This document shows positions 50,388 to 60,136 of a DNA stretch of 64,000 nucleotides, piece after piece (within the stretch, counting starts at the first letter, position 1; each line of letters opens with the position of its first letter). A model generated the notes under the pieces. It made no database searches and was not told the origin of the DNA. It saw only the letters and a program-made list of their open reading frames with translations. The stretch lies in contig CBDFIJ010000004.1 of NCBI GenBank assembly GCA_965248055.1, positions 288,001 through 352,000 of the forward strand, given 5' to 3'. The DNA is from Candidatus Multivoradales bacterium. GTDB taxonomy: Bacteria; Acidobacteriota; Thermoanaerobaculia; Multivoradales; JAHEKO01. The position numbers and the translations under genes were made by a program.

Positions 50388-50939
50388 CTAGCCTTCGAGG
50401 ATGTCCTTTTCTTTGGTCTCCGTCGCCTGTTGAATCAGGCCGATGTAGTGATCGTGCAATTTCTGGATCTCGTCAAAGCCACGACGCTCTTCGTCTTCAC
50501 CAATTTCTTTGTCGTGTTCCATCTTCTTGAGGTCATCGTTGCCTTCACGACGAGCATGACGCACCCCGTTGCGGGAGTGTTCAGCCATCTCGTGCAGTAA
50601 CTTAACCAGCTCCTGACGTCGCTCACCGGTCAAGGTTGGCACTGGAATGCGCACCAGTTTTCCATCGTTAGACGGATTGAGACCCAGGTCAGAGCCTTGG
50701 ATCGCTCGCTCGATAGCGGGGATCGAAGCCGGGTCGTAGGGTTGAGCAACGATCAAGGTCGCTTCTGGAACCGACAGTCCAGCCAACTGATTCAACGGCG
50801 TCTGGGTACCGTAGTAATCCACCACCACACCATCGAGCAGTGCCAAAGACGCTCGTCCGGTACGCAGGGTTTTCATTTCTTGGTGAAGGTGGTCCACCGC
50901 CGCCTTCATACCTATCTCAATTTCTCTAAATAGCTCCAT
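50388..50939 (-). CDS. frr: Ribosome recycling factor
   Basis: LRTGRAS, DYYG..PLNQLA, LGLNPSNDG. Confidence 0.98.
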   Translation of the reverse strand: MELFREIEIGMKAAVDHLHQEMKTLRTGRASLALLDGVVVDYYGTQTPLNQLAGLSVPEATLIVAQPYDPASIPAIERAIQGSDLGLNPSNDGKLVRIPVPTLTGERRQELVKLLHEMAEHSRNGVRHARREGNDDLKKMEHDKEIGEDEERRGFDEIQKLHDHYIGLIQQATETKEKDILEG

Positions 50940-51006
50940 AACACTCTTATTCCTTCCGCGCCGGGATCAGCCCGACACTTCAAAGCTCTATTGTATCGCG
51001 AGGGGA

Positions 51007-51738
51007 CTATTCGGAAGTAGGACCAGAAACCACGGAACCAACCTCTTCACCCGCCACCACACGCCGAATATTGCCCGGCGTCATGAGATGAAAGACGACA
51101 ATCTTCATGTCGTTTTCGCGACACAGAGCGATCGCTGCCGCGTCCATAACCCCGAGCTCTTCGTTCAGAGCCTGGCGATAGGTGACCCGGTCGAAGCGAA
51201 TGGCATCTGGGTTGGTTTTGGGATCGGCAGAATAGATTCCGTCCACCGCCGTGCCCTTGAGCAGGACATCGGCGCGAATCTCGTTGGCGCGCAATGCGGC
51301 AGCACTATCGGTAGTGAAAAACGGATTCCCAGTGCCAGCCGCAAAGATGACGATACGACCCTTTTCCAGATGTCGCGTCGCTCGCCGGCGAATGAACGGT
51401 TCGGCGACGTCGTGGATCGCCAGAGCGGTTTGCACCCGGGTATCGATACCGCGCTTCTCCAAGGCATCTTGCAAAGCCAAGGCGTTGATCACCGTGCCCA
51501 GCATGCCCATGTAGTCCCCAGTAACCCGATCGATACCCCGGTGACTGGCAGCCAAACCACGAATGATGTTGCCACCGCCGACCACAATCGCCAGTTCAGC
51601 GCCCTGGGCATGCACTTCGGCGATCTCGTCGGCGATCGTCGCCACCACGGATGCTTCGATACCAAAGTTCTGCGAACCCATCAGGGCCTCGCCGGACAGC
51701 TTTAGCAGAACTCTGCGATAACGAAGATCTTGCGACAT
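51007..51738 (-). CDS. pyrH: UMP kinase
   Basis: [22 protein letters not shown]. Confidence 0.98.
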   Translation of the reverse strand: MSQDLRYRRVLLKLSGEALMGSQNFGIEASVVATIADEIAEVHAQGAELAIVVGGGNIIRGLAASHRGIDRVTGDYMGMLGTVINALALQDALEKRGIDTRVQTALAIHDVAEPFIRRRATRHLEKGRIVIFAAGTGNPFFTTDSAAALRANEIRADVLLKGTAVDGIYSADPKTNPDAIRFDRVTYRQALNEELGVMDAAAIALCRENDMKIVVFHLMTPGNIRRVVAGEEVGSVVSGPTSE

Positions 51739-51752
51739 TTCAGGGATTGATT

Positions 51753-52352
51753 CTATGCCCCTTCGCCAAGAACAAACCGGGCAAATCGACTGACCTGGAT
51801 ATTCTCGCCCAATTTGCCGACCATGGTGCCGATCATTTCCTGCACGGTGTGGTCAGGATCTTTGACGAAGGACTGTTCCAGAAGCACCGCTTCAGAGTAG
51901 AACTTCTCCATCTTGCCATCAACGATTCGCTCAACAATGTTCTCGGGCTTGCCACTTTCCACAGCCTGTTGGATATGAATCTCACGTTCCCGAGCCAGGA
52001 TCTCTTCGGTCACCTGTTCACGGCGCACGAAGCGCGGATCGGCGGCGGCAATGTGCATCGCGATGTCTTTGACCAAAGCCTGGAAGTCGTCGGTGCGGGC
52101 AACGAAATCAGTCTCACAGTTGACCTCGACCATGACGCCCATCTTGCCGCCAGCATGGATGTAGGTTCCGACAACACCTTCGGCGGTTGCTCGACCGGCC
52201 TTCTTCTCGGCCGCGGCCATCCCCTTGGTGCGCAGGTAGTCGACCGCCTTGTCGAGATCACCTCCGGTCTCGGCAAGAGCTTCCTTGCAGTTCATCATTG
52301 GCGCACCAGTGCGGTCACGCAGTTCTTTTACCATCTGAGCTGTAATTGCCAT
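51753..52352 (-). CDS. tsf: Elongation factor Ts (short form)
   Basis: [20 protein letters not shown]. Confidence 0.98.
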   Translation of the reverse strand: MAITAQMVKELRDRTGAPMMNCKEALAETGGDLDKAVDYLRTKGMAAAEKKAGRATAEGVVGTYIHAGGKMGVMVEVNCETDFVARTDDFQALVKDIAMHIAAADPRFVRREQVTEEILAREREIHIQQAVESGKPENIVERIVDGKMEKFYSEAVLLEQSFVKDPDHTVQEMIGTMVGKLGENIQVSRFARFVLGEGA

Positions 52353-52523
52353 TAAATCCCCCGTACCGTGGCCGTTCGTCAGGCCTCGCTTTGAGCCGGT
52401 TCCGCGCGGGAACCACTATTGGTTAGAAATCTATCTGGTTCAGAGTCCTACCGCCTGTGGGAAAGCTGCCAGCCTGACCTTTCAGCCTGACTTGTTAGTC
52501 CCGTGCGGCTTTTTTATTTTCGG

Positions 52524-53429
52524 TCAGTTTGCGTCTTCTGCGACGGCCTCGGAAGCAGCGGCTTCGACCACCGGCTCGGCTTCCGCAGCCGCAACCGTTG
52601 CTTCGCCAGCCACTGCCTCGGGAGTCACTGCCTCGGGAGCCACTGCCTCAGGGGCCACTGCCTCAGGGGTTTCAGGAGCCGCCGCGACCTCTTCAGCCTG
52701 CGCCGCCTGAACCTGAGCCTCCTCAGCATCAACACCATTGAGTCGACCTGCCTCAGTAGCGCCAGCCTGATAAGCCTCGCGCAACCTGCGGGTGATCAAA
52801 CGAATCGAACGAATCGCGTCGTCGTTGGCCGGAATCGGATAGTCGATCTCGTCCGGGTTGCAGTTGGTGTCGACGATACCGAGCACCGTAACGCCCAGCT
52901 TGTGGGCTTCCGCAACCGCGATATGTTCCTTGCGCGGATCGACAACGAAGATCGCGTCTGGAATCGAGTCCATTTTGCGAATCCCGTCGAGCGACCGTGA
53001 CATCGACATCTGTTGACGCCCTTCGCGAACGCGCTCCTTCTTGGTCAACTGGGCTTCGGGATCTTCCAGTCGAGCCTCGATCTCATGCAGTTTGTCCACC
53101 GACTTGCGAATGGTCACAAAGTTAGTGAGCATGCCGCCGAGCCAGCGATGGGAAACAAAGTATTGGCCACACGCCTGGGCCTCTTCGATCACCACACTCT
53201 GCGCCTGGCGCTTGGTGCCGACGAACAACAGATTGCCGCCCTGACGACCCAATTCGTAGACATAGTCTGCGGCGTCGTTGAATGCTTCCTGCGTCTTCTG
53301 CAGATCCAGGATATGAATACCGTTGCTTTTGCCAAAGATGAAACGACCCATCTTCGGGTTCCAACGGCGGGTCTGGTGGCCAAAGTGTGCTCCGGCCTCC
53401 AGGAGTTCTCGCATGCTGACTTCTGGCAC
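52524..53429 (-). CDS. rpsB: 30S ribosomal protein S2 with Ala/Glu/Pro-rich tail
   Basis: AGAHFGHQTRRWNPKM, DTNCNPD, NDDAIRS. Confidence 0.98.
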   Translation of the reverse strand: MPEVSMRELLEAGAHFGHQTRRWNPKMGRFIFGKSNGIHILDLQKTQEAFNDAADYVYELGRQGGNLLFVGTKRQAQSVVIEEAQACGQYFVSHRWLGGMLTNFVTIRKSVDKLHEIEARLEDPEAQLTKKERVREGRQQMSMSRSLDGIRKMDSIPDAIFVVDPRKEHIAVAEAHKLGVTVLGIVDTNCNPDEIDYPIPANDDAIRSIRLITRRLREAYQAGATEAGRLNGVDAEEAQVQAAQAEEVAAAPETPEAVAPEAVAPEAVTPEAVAGEATVAAAEAEPVVEAAASEAVAEDAN

Positions 53430-53447
53430 GTTCTTCCTCTTCGCTTC

Positions 53448-53840
53448 CTAGCGCTTGCTGAACTGGTAACGAGCGCGGGCACCCTTTTGGCCGTACTTCT
53501 TGCGCTCTTTCATTCTTGAGTCACGGGTCACAAATCCGGCAGCCTTCAGCCGCTCTCTGAGCTCCACATCGTGCTCCAAAAGGGCACGGGTGATTCCGTG
53601 TCGAAGTGCTCCCGCCTGGCCGGCCGAACCGCCGCCCTTGACGGTCGCGTGAATATCAAACTTGTCGAGGGTCTCGGTCATTTCCAGTGGTTGGCGGACC
53701 ACCATCTTAAGAACTTCGTTGGGGAAGTAAGTTTCAAAGGTGCGACCGTTGACCTCAAAATTGCCGCTCCCCGGCCTCAAGAAGACCCGGGCGACTGCGG
53801 TCTTACGTCGACCGGTTCCGTACTGCTGCGTTTCACTCAC
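53448..53840 (-). CDS. rpsI: 30S ribosomal protein S9
   Basis: [23 protein letters not shown]. Confidence 0.98.
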   Translation of the reverse strand: MSETQQYGTGRRKTAVARVFLRPGSGNFEVNGRTFETYFPNEVLKMVVRQPLEMTETLDKFDIHATVKGGGSAGQAGALRHGITRALLEHDVELRERLKAAGFVTRDSRMKERKKYGQKGARARYQFSKR

Positions 53841-53843
53841 TAA

Positions 53844-54341
53844 TTATTCCTCTTCCGAACTGGGAGTCGAATTCGTGGCCGCGTCGAACACTGACACCGG
53901 AGCCAGACCAGCAACCACCAATGGCTCTGGGTGCTGCGCCGTGTGCGGATGCTCGGTCCCTGCGTATACCTTGAGTTTCTTGAACTGCTGCCGCCCGAGT
54001 CTATTCTTGGGCAACATCCGTTGTACGGCGCGCTCGACCAGCAACGCTGGACGCCGTGCCCGCAGTTCACCGGCGGTCTCGCTCTTCAAGTTTCCCGGCC
54101 TACCACTATGCCGATAGTAGATCTTGTTCTCTTCTTTGCGCCCGGTGAGAACAGTCTTCTCCGCGTTTAACACAACAACGAAATCGCCGGTGTCGACATG
54201 CGGTGCGTATTGCGGCTTGTGCTTACCGGTGAGAACCCTCGCCAACACAGTACTAAGTCGACCCAAGGTTTGACCCTCAGCGTCCACTACATACCACTTG
54301 CGCTCAATCTCGCCGACTTTTGGACTATAGGTACGGTACAT
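53844..54341 (-). CDS. rplM: 50S ribosomal protein L13
   Basis: [30 protein letters not shown]. Confidence 0.98.
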   Translation of the reverse strand: MYRTYSPKVGEIERKWYVVDAEGQTLGRLSTVLARVLTGKHKPQYAPHVDTGDFVVVLNAEKTVLTGRKEENKIYYRHSGRPGNLKSETAGELRARRPALLVERAVQRMLPKNRLGRQQFKKLKVYAGTEHPHTAQHPEPLVVAGLAPVSVFDAATNSTPSSEEE

Positions 54342-54533
54342 TTTCTTTTTCCACGCAACAGCGTCATCAGAGCGGGGAACCCCCTGCCCTTCGCGACGCA
54401 AAGAGCCTTGAATCTTAGATTTGATCGCGGGTGGGTGTCAACACCCAACACAAACCGAATCCCGCCGACCGTCCCGCGGATGTTACACCAAATCGGCTAA
54501 AGAAAGGATCCGCTGACACAGTAAACTCACCCG

Positions 54534-55274
54534 GTGATCGAAACGTTGCCAAACGACCAATCTGGCGCTGACAAACGTCCGGAGCGGATCCGTGGAATGT
54601 TCGACCGCGTGGCACCGCGCTACGACCTGATGAATCACTTGCTGTCGGGCGGGCTCGACAACCGCTGGCGTCGGATCGCAGCCGAGGCACTGGGCACCGC
54701 GCCGCGACGAGTGCTGGATCTGTGCGCCGGCACCGGCGACCAATCGGCGGCCATAGCCGCGCGTGGTCACCAGGTCGAAGCGCTCGACTTCTCCCCGGCG
54801 ATGGTACGACGAGCGGCCGATAAACACCGCAAACATAGATGGTCAATCGCTCCGATTGTCGGGGATGCTCTACGACTGCCTTACGCCGATGAGTCCTTTG
54901 ACGCTGCGACGGTATCGTTCGGACTGCGCAACGTCGCCGACCTGGACCGTGCTTTGAGAGAGATTAGCCGGATTTTGCGCCCTGGCGGACGCCTGGTTGC
55001 TCTGGAATTTGCCTTGCCACGACGGCAGCCGATCCGCGGCCTGTACTTGACCTACTTTCGCCACCTGCTGCCACGGCTGGGGAGATTTTCTTCTTCACGT
55101 CGCGCCTACAGCTACCTGAGGGACTCGGTCCTGCTGTTCCCTGAGCGCGGCGACCTGATCCAGCGTCTACAGCAAGCCGGTTTCAGCGAGTCGACCTGGT
55201 CCGATCTGACCGCTGGGACGGTCTGTCTCTATCGCGCTGAACGCGACGGTATCCAACCAACCCCAAATAACTGA
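54534..55274 (+). CDS. ubiE: Ubiquinone/menaquinone biosynthesis methyltransferase
   Basis: MFDRVAPRYDLMNHLLS, LDLCAGTGD, SFGLRNV. Confidence 0.92.
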   Translation: MIETLPNDQSGADKRPERIRGMFDRVAPRYDLMNHLLSGGLDNRWRRIAAEALGTAPRRVLDLCAGTGDQSAAIAARGHQVEALDFSPAMVRRAADKHRKHRWSIAPIVGDALRLPYADESFDAATVSFGLRNVADLDRALREISRILRPGGRLVALEFALPRRQPIRGLYLTYFRHLLPRLGRFSSSRRAYSYLRDSVLLFPERGDLIQRLQQAGFSESTWSDLTAGTVCLYRAERDGIQPTPNN

Positions 55275-55296
55275 CCACCCAAAGGGCGACCCTACG

Positions 55297-56208
55297 ATGA
55301 GCGCACGTATTCTGAATGGTAAGAAAATCGCCGCAGAAATCCGCGAGGAAGTTGCGGCGGAGGTGGCTACGATATCCGGACGCCCGCCGTGCCTGGTGGC
55401 GATCCTGGTGGGCGACGACCCCGCCTCCCAGGTCTACGTGCGCAACAAAGAGCGGGCAGCCCAAGCCGCTGGACTCACCAGCCGCGTGCTGCGCATGCCG
55501 TCTAGTTCAAGCCAGATCGAAGTCGCCCAGGCCATTCAAGACGCCAACGACGACCCGCAAGTCGACGGCATCTTGGTGCAGCTTCCACTACCCAAGCACC
55601 TCGACTCTCGCGCTCTCCTCGACCTAATCCAGACCAACAAGGATGTCGACGGCTTCACCACCGCCAACGTCGGTCGTCTATGGCTGGGGCAGCCAGGCCA
55701 CGTCCCGGCAACTCCGTCGGGGATCATGGAACTACTGCGGCGCAGCAAGATTGCACTCACCGGAGCCAACGCGGTGGTGGTCGGTCGGTCGGCGATCGTC
55801 GGCAAGCCGATGGCCGCTCTGCTGCTGGCAGCCAACGCCACCGCCACCGTGGTTCACTCGCGCACCCGTGACCTCGCCGCTCATTGCCGCAACGCTGACA
55901 TCTTGGTTGCCGCGGTAGGAGTCCCGGCGCTGATTGGTGCCGAACATATTGCTCCCGGAGCTGTGGTCATCGACGTCGGCATCAACCGCGTCACCGATCG
56001 CTCAGAAGTGGAACGGCTGTACCCAGGCAACGCCAAGCGACTGGCCTCCTTTGACAGGCGTGGCTCGACCTTGGTTGGCGACGTCGACTATGAGGCTGCC
56101 CGTTCCATCGCCTCCGCGGTGACCCCGGTCCCAGGCGGAGTTGGCCCCCTGACCATCGCCATGCTTTTACGCAACACCTTGACAGCCCATCAGTTCCGGC
56201 AACAATAG
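55297..56208 (+). CDS. folD: Methylenetetrahydrofolate dehydrogenase/cyclohydrolase
   Basis: YVRNK, GILVQLPLP, KDVDG, TPVPGGVGPLT. Confidence 0.97.
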   Translation: MSARILNGKKIAAEIREEVAAEVATISGRPPCLVAILVGDDPASQVYVRNKERAAQAAGLTSRVLRMPSSSSQIEVAQAIQDANDDPQVDGILVQLPLPKHLDSRALLDLIQTNKDVDGFTTANVGRLWLGQPGHVPATPSGIMELLRRSKIALTGANAVVVGRSAIVGKPMAALLLAANATATVVHSRTRDLAAHCRNADILVAAVGVPALIGAEHIAPGAVVIDVGINRVTDRSEVERLYPGNAKRLASFDRRGSTLVGDVDYEAARSIASAVTPVPGGVGPLTIAMLLRNTLTAHQFRQQ

Positions 56209-56213
56209 ACCCC

Positions 56214-57380
56214 ATGAAGCGCCTGCGCGTGGGGCTCACAGGGGGGCTAGCCAGCGGTAAATCAACGCTGGCCGGATGGCTCGATGAGGCCGGATTTCAC
56301 GTCATCGATGCCGACAAGACGGTTGCCGACCTCTACCGTTCAGGCCAACCCGGCGCTGACCGAGTGGAGAATTTATTCGGCCCTGGATTCTTAAGACCCG
56401 ACGGCTCGGTTGACCGAGAAAAACTCGCCGAAAGGGTCTTTAGCGATGCCAACGCACTGGTCAAGCTGGAGACCGCAATCCACCCCTTGGTTCGTGAGCA
56501 AGTCATTCGCTGGCTGCACGACAGAGAAGGAGTCACGGTGGTGGAGGCCACCCTGCTGGTTGAGTCGGGGATCGCATCTGATCTCGACATCGTAGTTACG
56601 GTTTCAGCGGAAGAGACTCTGAGAGCACAACGGGCTCTCAACCGAGGCATGTCCCCGCGCCAAGTCGAATCACGGCTTGCCGTGCAGGGAGATGATCTAT
56701 TTCGCGAAGCCGCCGCCGACATCGTCATCACCAATAATGGGTCTCTCGATGAGTTTCGCCAGCAGGCCGACGGCCTGATTAGCGACTTCAAACAACGCTT
56801 CGATCAATGCCGCGGACAACAAGCTGACGAACCACCGTTATTGGTGACCTCGAATCGAGGAAAGCTCCGCGAAGTGCGCAAGCTGTTTGGTGGTCCGCTG
56901 ATGTCTGCCGACCTCGACTTGCCGGAAATTCAATCCCTCGATATTGAAAAGGTCTTGCTGGCCAAAGCGAGTACTGCGTGGGCGCGGTTGGAAAGACCCC
57001 TGATTGTTGAGGAGACCAGCCTCGAACTGGCGGGTATGAATCGCTTCCCGGGACCACTGGTTAAGTGGATGTTGAAAGCGGTCGGCGGGCCTGGAATCGC
57101 CCGACTAGCCATCTCCACCGGCAACCCCAAAGCCACCGCTCGGTGCCGCCTTCTCTACCGTGACGCCACGCGCCGGATCTACGCCGAGGGAACCTGCAAC
57201 GGGACCTTGGTGTTGCCCGCCCGAGGCAGCGAAGGTTTTGGCTGGGATCCGGTCTTTCAAATGGACGGCGAAGACCGTACCTTTGGTGAAATGCCTACCG
57301 AAGAGAAAGGCCGCATTAGCCATCGAGGTAACGCCTGGCGCGAGCTGGAAAGAATTCTTCGCAGTGAGGGGATTTTCTAG
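56214..57380 (+). CDS. coaE: Fusion: dephospho-CoA kinase plus Ham1/RdgB non-canonical purine NTP pyrophosphatase
   Basis: GLTGGLASGKST, DAD, IHPLV; then VTSNRGK, LPEIQ, PGPLVKW, FGWDPVF, ISHRG. Confidence 0.9.
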   Translation: MKRLRVGLTGGLASGKSTLAGWLDEAGFHVIDADKTVADLYRSGQPGADRVENLFGPGFLRPDGSVDREKLAERVFSDANALVKLETAIHPLVREQVIRWLHDREGVTVVEATLLVESGIASDLDIVVTVSAEETLRAQRALNRGMSPRQVESRLAVQGDDLFREAAADIVITNNGSLDEFRQQADGLISDFKQRFDQCRGQQADEPPLLVTSNRGKLREVRKLFGGPLMSADLDLPEIQSLDIEKVLLAKASTAWARLERPLIVEETSLELAGMNRFPGPLVKWMLKAVGGPGIARLAISTGNPKATARCRLLYRDATRRIYAEGTCNGTLVLPARGSEGFGWDPVFQMDGEDRTFGEMPTEEKGRISHRGNAWRELERILRSEGIF

Positions 57381-57388
57381 CAGCCTAA

Positions 57389-58351
57389 CTACGATCCAGG
57401 AATCTGAAATAGCAGAGGAATGAACTCCCTGAATTCATCCGCCTTCTCATCAAAATCCCCATCGGTCTTGACCATACGCACTGCCACGATGTTCTTACCC
57501 GGAACCACACAGAGATACTGCCCACCCCAGCCGGATCCGTAGTAGCCCACGACCTCACCTTCACGATTTCTCACAAGTTCCCACAACAGCCCAAAGTCAG
57601 GTCGATATTCTTGGCTCTGCTTCGTAATCTCGTCGATCCAAGACTCCGGAACCAACTGCTGTCCCTCCCAACTACCGCGATCAAGGACCAACTGACCCAT
57701 TTTCGCTAGTTCCCGAGCTTCAACTTCCAATCCAGACATCCCATGCGGATTGCCAGCACGATCTTTATGCCAATTGAAGTCGTCAATCCCCATCTTCTCG
57801 AATAACCGCTGATTGACATATTCATCAAGAGGCTGACCGGTCGCACGCTCTATCACTCCCGCAATAAGATTGGTCGCTTTGTTGTTGTAACTAAACGCTG
57901 TTCCCGGTTCGTCGACAAGCTCAGCGGTCAGAGCGAGCTGGACAAAGTCCTGGGCCGGGTAGATTTCAACCGAGGCATCAGGGATGTTCTGCAGCCCCGA
58001 AGTGTGGTTGAGCAAGTGACGAACGGTGATATCCCTCTTTCGTCCTTGACCCCACTCCGGAAAGTACTTGTGGATGGGATCGTCCAGATCAGAAATTGCT
58101 CCCTCCGCAAGTGCGACGCCAACAGCCAACGCGATAACCGACTTAGTCACAGACATAGCGTGCAGCTTCTGGGCCGTGCCGCCGAAATAAGATTCGGCCA
58201 GCAGCTGCTTATCCTGATAGATCACGACAACATCCGAGTTCGCTTGTGCGGCGGCAGACATTAGTGCATCGACTGACTCCTTCCACGGTGCCGGTCGGCC
58301 TTGTGCCAACAGCACTACGCCTAACGCCAACGTAAGCACTTGATTTTGCAT
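57389..58351 (-). CDS. Serine hydrolase, beta-lactamase/AmpC-like
   Basis: SVTK (SxxK), LLNHTSG, FSYNN, GWGGQ. Confidence 0.92.
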   Translation of the reverse strand: MQNQVLTLALGVVLLAQGRPAPWKESVDALMSAAAQANSDVVVIYQDKQLLAESYFGGTAQKLHAMSVTKSVIALAVGVALAEGAISDLDDPIHKYFPEWGQGRKRDITVRHLLNHTSGLQNIPDASVEIYPAQDFVQLALTAELVDEPGTAFSYNNKATNLIAGVIERATGQPLDEYVNQRLFEKMGIDDFNWHKDRAGNPHGMSGLEVEARELAKMGQLVLDRGSWEGQQLVPESWIDEITKQSQEYRPDFGLLWELVRNREGEVVGYYGSGWGGQYLCVVPGKNIVAVRMVKTDGDFDEKADEFREFIPLLFQIPGS

Positions 58352-58425
58352 GTTCCTGTTACGAATGTGTCCAACGCTTGGATCCGCGCGTTCCGCGGGA
58401 TAACCGGCAGCTCCAACTGCCTTCG

Positions 58426-59025
58426 TTAGACAACACGAAAAACCTGCCCGGTCCGCGCTCCCTCAACGCTCTTGGCATAGGCGAGCGCCGCCCGTGCAGC
58501 AGACACCGGTTCAAAGCCACGGAAGAACGGCGCATAGTCCGCCATCGCTTCTTCGATCACACCAGGGCTGACAGCATTGATCCGCAGTCCTCGCGGCATT
58601 TCGATCGCCGCCGCCATGACGAAGGCATTGATCGCCCCGTTGACCATCGACGCCGAACTTCCAGCGACAATCGGATCGGAATCCAAGATGCCTGTGGTCA
58701 AGGTAAACGAACCGCCATCCGCCACCACCTCGCGACCGAACAACACCAAATTCACCTGGCCCATCAACTTGTCGAGCAAGCCGATCTCATAATCAGCGCT
58801 GTGCATCTCGGCGAACGGTGCAAATTTGACGCTCCCAGTGGTCGAGACCACCGCGTCTAGCGAACCCACGTCTTGATAGGCGTTCCGAATCGTCTCCGCG
58901 TCGGTGATATCAATCTGCACGTCGCCGCTAGTGCGGCCCGCCGAGATTACTTCGTGCCGTTGACTCAGTTCTGCGGTTACTGCGGCCCCTATGGTCCCCG
59001 ACGCTCCAACAAGCAATATCTTCAT
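58426..59025 (-). CDS. Short-chain dehydrogenase
   Basis: GASGTIG, KLMGQVNL, RINAVSPG. Confidence 0.92.
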   Translation of the reverse strand: MKILLVGASGTIGAAVTAELSQRHEVISAGRTSGDVQIDITDAETIRNAYQDVGSLDAVVSTTGSVKFAPFAEMHSADYEIGLLDKLMGQVNLVLFGREVVADGGSFTLTTGILDSDPIVAGSSASMVNGAINAFVMAAAIEMPRGLRINAVSPGVIEEAMADYAPFFRGFEPVSAARAALAYAKSVEGARTGQVFRVV

Positions 59026-59096
59026 TAGTGCCCCTATTTTAACTCGACGCTTGGCAGTTAGTGCTAGTCATCCACGTATTGCCTTAACGAGACAGG

Positions 59097-59969
59097 TCAA
59101 TACGGGAAGGGTGCCTCGTCCTGAGGTGAAACACGCAGAGTAATCGTCTTCCACTCGTTGTTGTTGGTGAACTGCGTAATGATCAACAGGCCTTCCCAGA
59201 CAGTCCCATCTTCATCTTCAAACAACAACGTTTGGACACCCACTCCGGTTTGCTGGCAGGAGTTAAGTCTGCCCCATCCTTGTTCTTCAATCTGGTGCAT
59301 ATAGTGTGAGTACAGATCAGATATTGAAAGTTCGGTGTTGATACGGGCGGACTCTTCTCTCGCCATGCCTCCGCCGGCCGAAGTCCCGACAATCTTTGCA
59401 CCTTCAGGTGCCACGAGAGTCGGGAATGGGACTTCATGGCGAGGGTCACGGTACCTGACCTCTTGCATCCTCTGACACCACATTCCACTCGGATCAACTC
59501 GGAGCCTGACCGAGAGTATGGTGGGTTCCTTGTCGACAGCGCGCGCTTCAAAGTTGATCAATTCATCCGCCTGGCCACAATACATCTTGGGTATCTCTCT
59601 CGCTTCCGCAACAAACCCCCTCTGCTCTCTCTCCGAATGTGCAGTCCAGCCCTTTGCTTCCAGCAAAGACGAGTACGCACTCTCCACTTTCTCAGGTGCC
59701 CCCGCTACGCGTGCAATAACGTTCAACCTCGAGCTCTCGATGGTGCCCAAGACAATTGCTTCCGGCAGCATAGGGATTCGCTCTTGAGCACGTTCTGATA
59801 AACCTCCTACCACTATGTCGTCAGCGTCAAGGCCAAGTACGGCCAAAACAAATTCAGCTGGATATGAACCGGAAGACTCGATCTCTTGAGGAGCAAGCGT
59901 GACCGGAAACGCCACGCCGAGAAGCACTACCCACAACTTGAATCCGAGCAAAACTCCTCTGTCACGCAT
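59097..59969 (-). CDS. Hypothetical exported protein with two repeated domains
   Basis: GGAGA RBS; signal peptide; two Y..L/I...GW segments. Confidence 0.65.
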   Translation of the reverse strand: MRDRGVLLGFKLWVVLLGVAFPVTLAPQEIESSGSYPAEFVLAVLGLDADDIVVGGLSERAQERIPMLPEAIVLGTIESSRLNVIARVAGAPEKVESAYSSLLEAKGWTAHSEREQRGFVAEAREIPKMYCGQADELINFEARAVDKEPTILSVRLRVDPSGMWCQRMQEVRYRDPRHEVPFPTLVAPEGAKIVGTSAGGGMAREESARINTELSISDLYSHYMHQIEEQGWGRLNSCQQTGVGVQTLLFEDEDGTVWEGLLIITQFTNNNEWKTITLRVSPQDEAPFPY

Positions 59970-60136
59970 CTGTTTCTCCTTCCAATTCTCTGGCTGGCGA
60001 CTCGCAAACCAACAGCCATCATGCGGCCAATTGCCTTCGATACTGCCACGCTGGAACCAAGCACAACCTCGCAGAGTCGGCGTTGTCACTGACACAGCCA
60101 TCTTATGACTCGATGGGTTGGTGGTCAATCGATAAA

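Noticed and set aside
52606-52670. 15-bp tandem repeats in rpsB
   Set aside because: Encode an ordinary low-complexity EAVAP tail, common in S2 proteins
54370-54435. c-di-GMP riboswitch-like GACGCAAAG
   Set aside because: The rest of the consensus structure is missing; this is the rplM/ubiE promoter region
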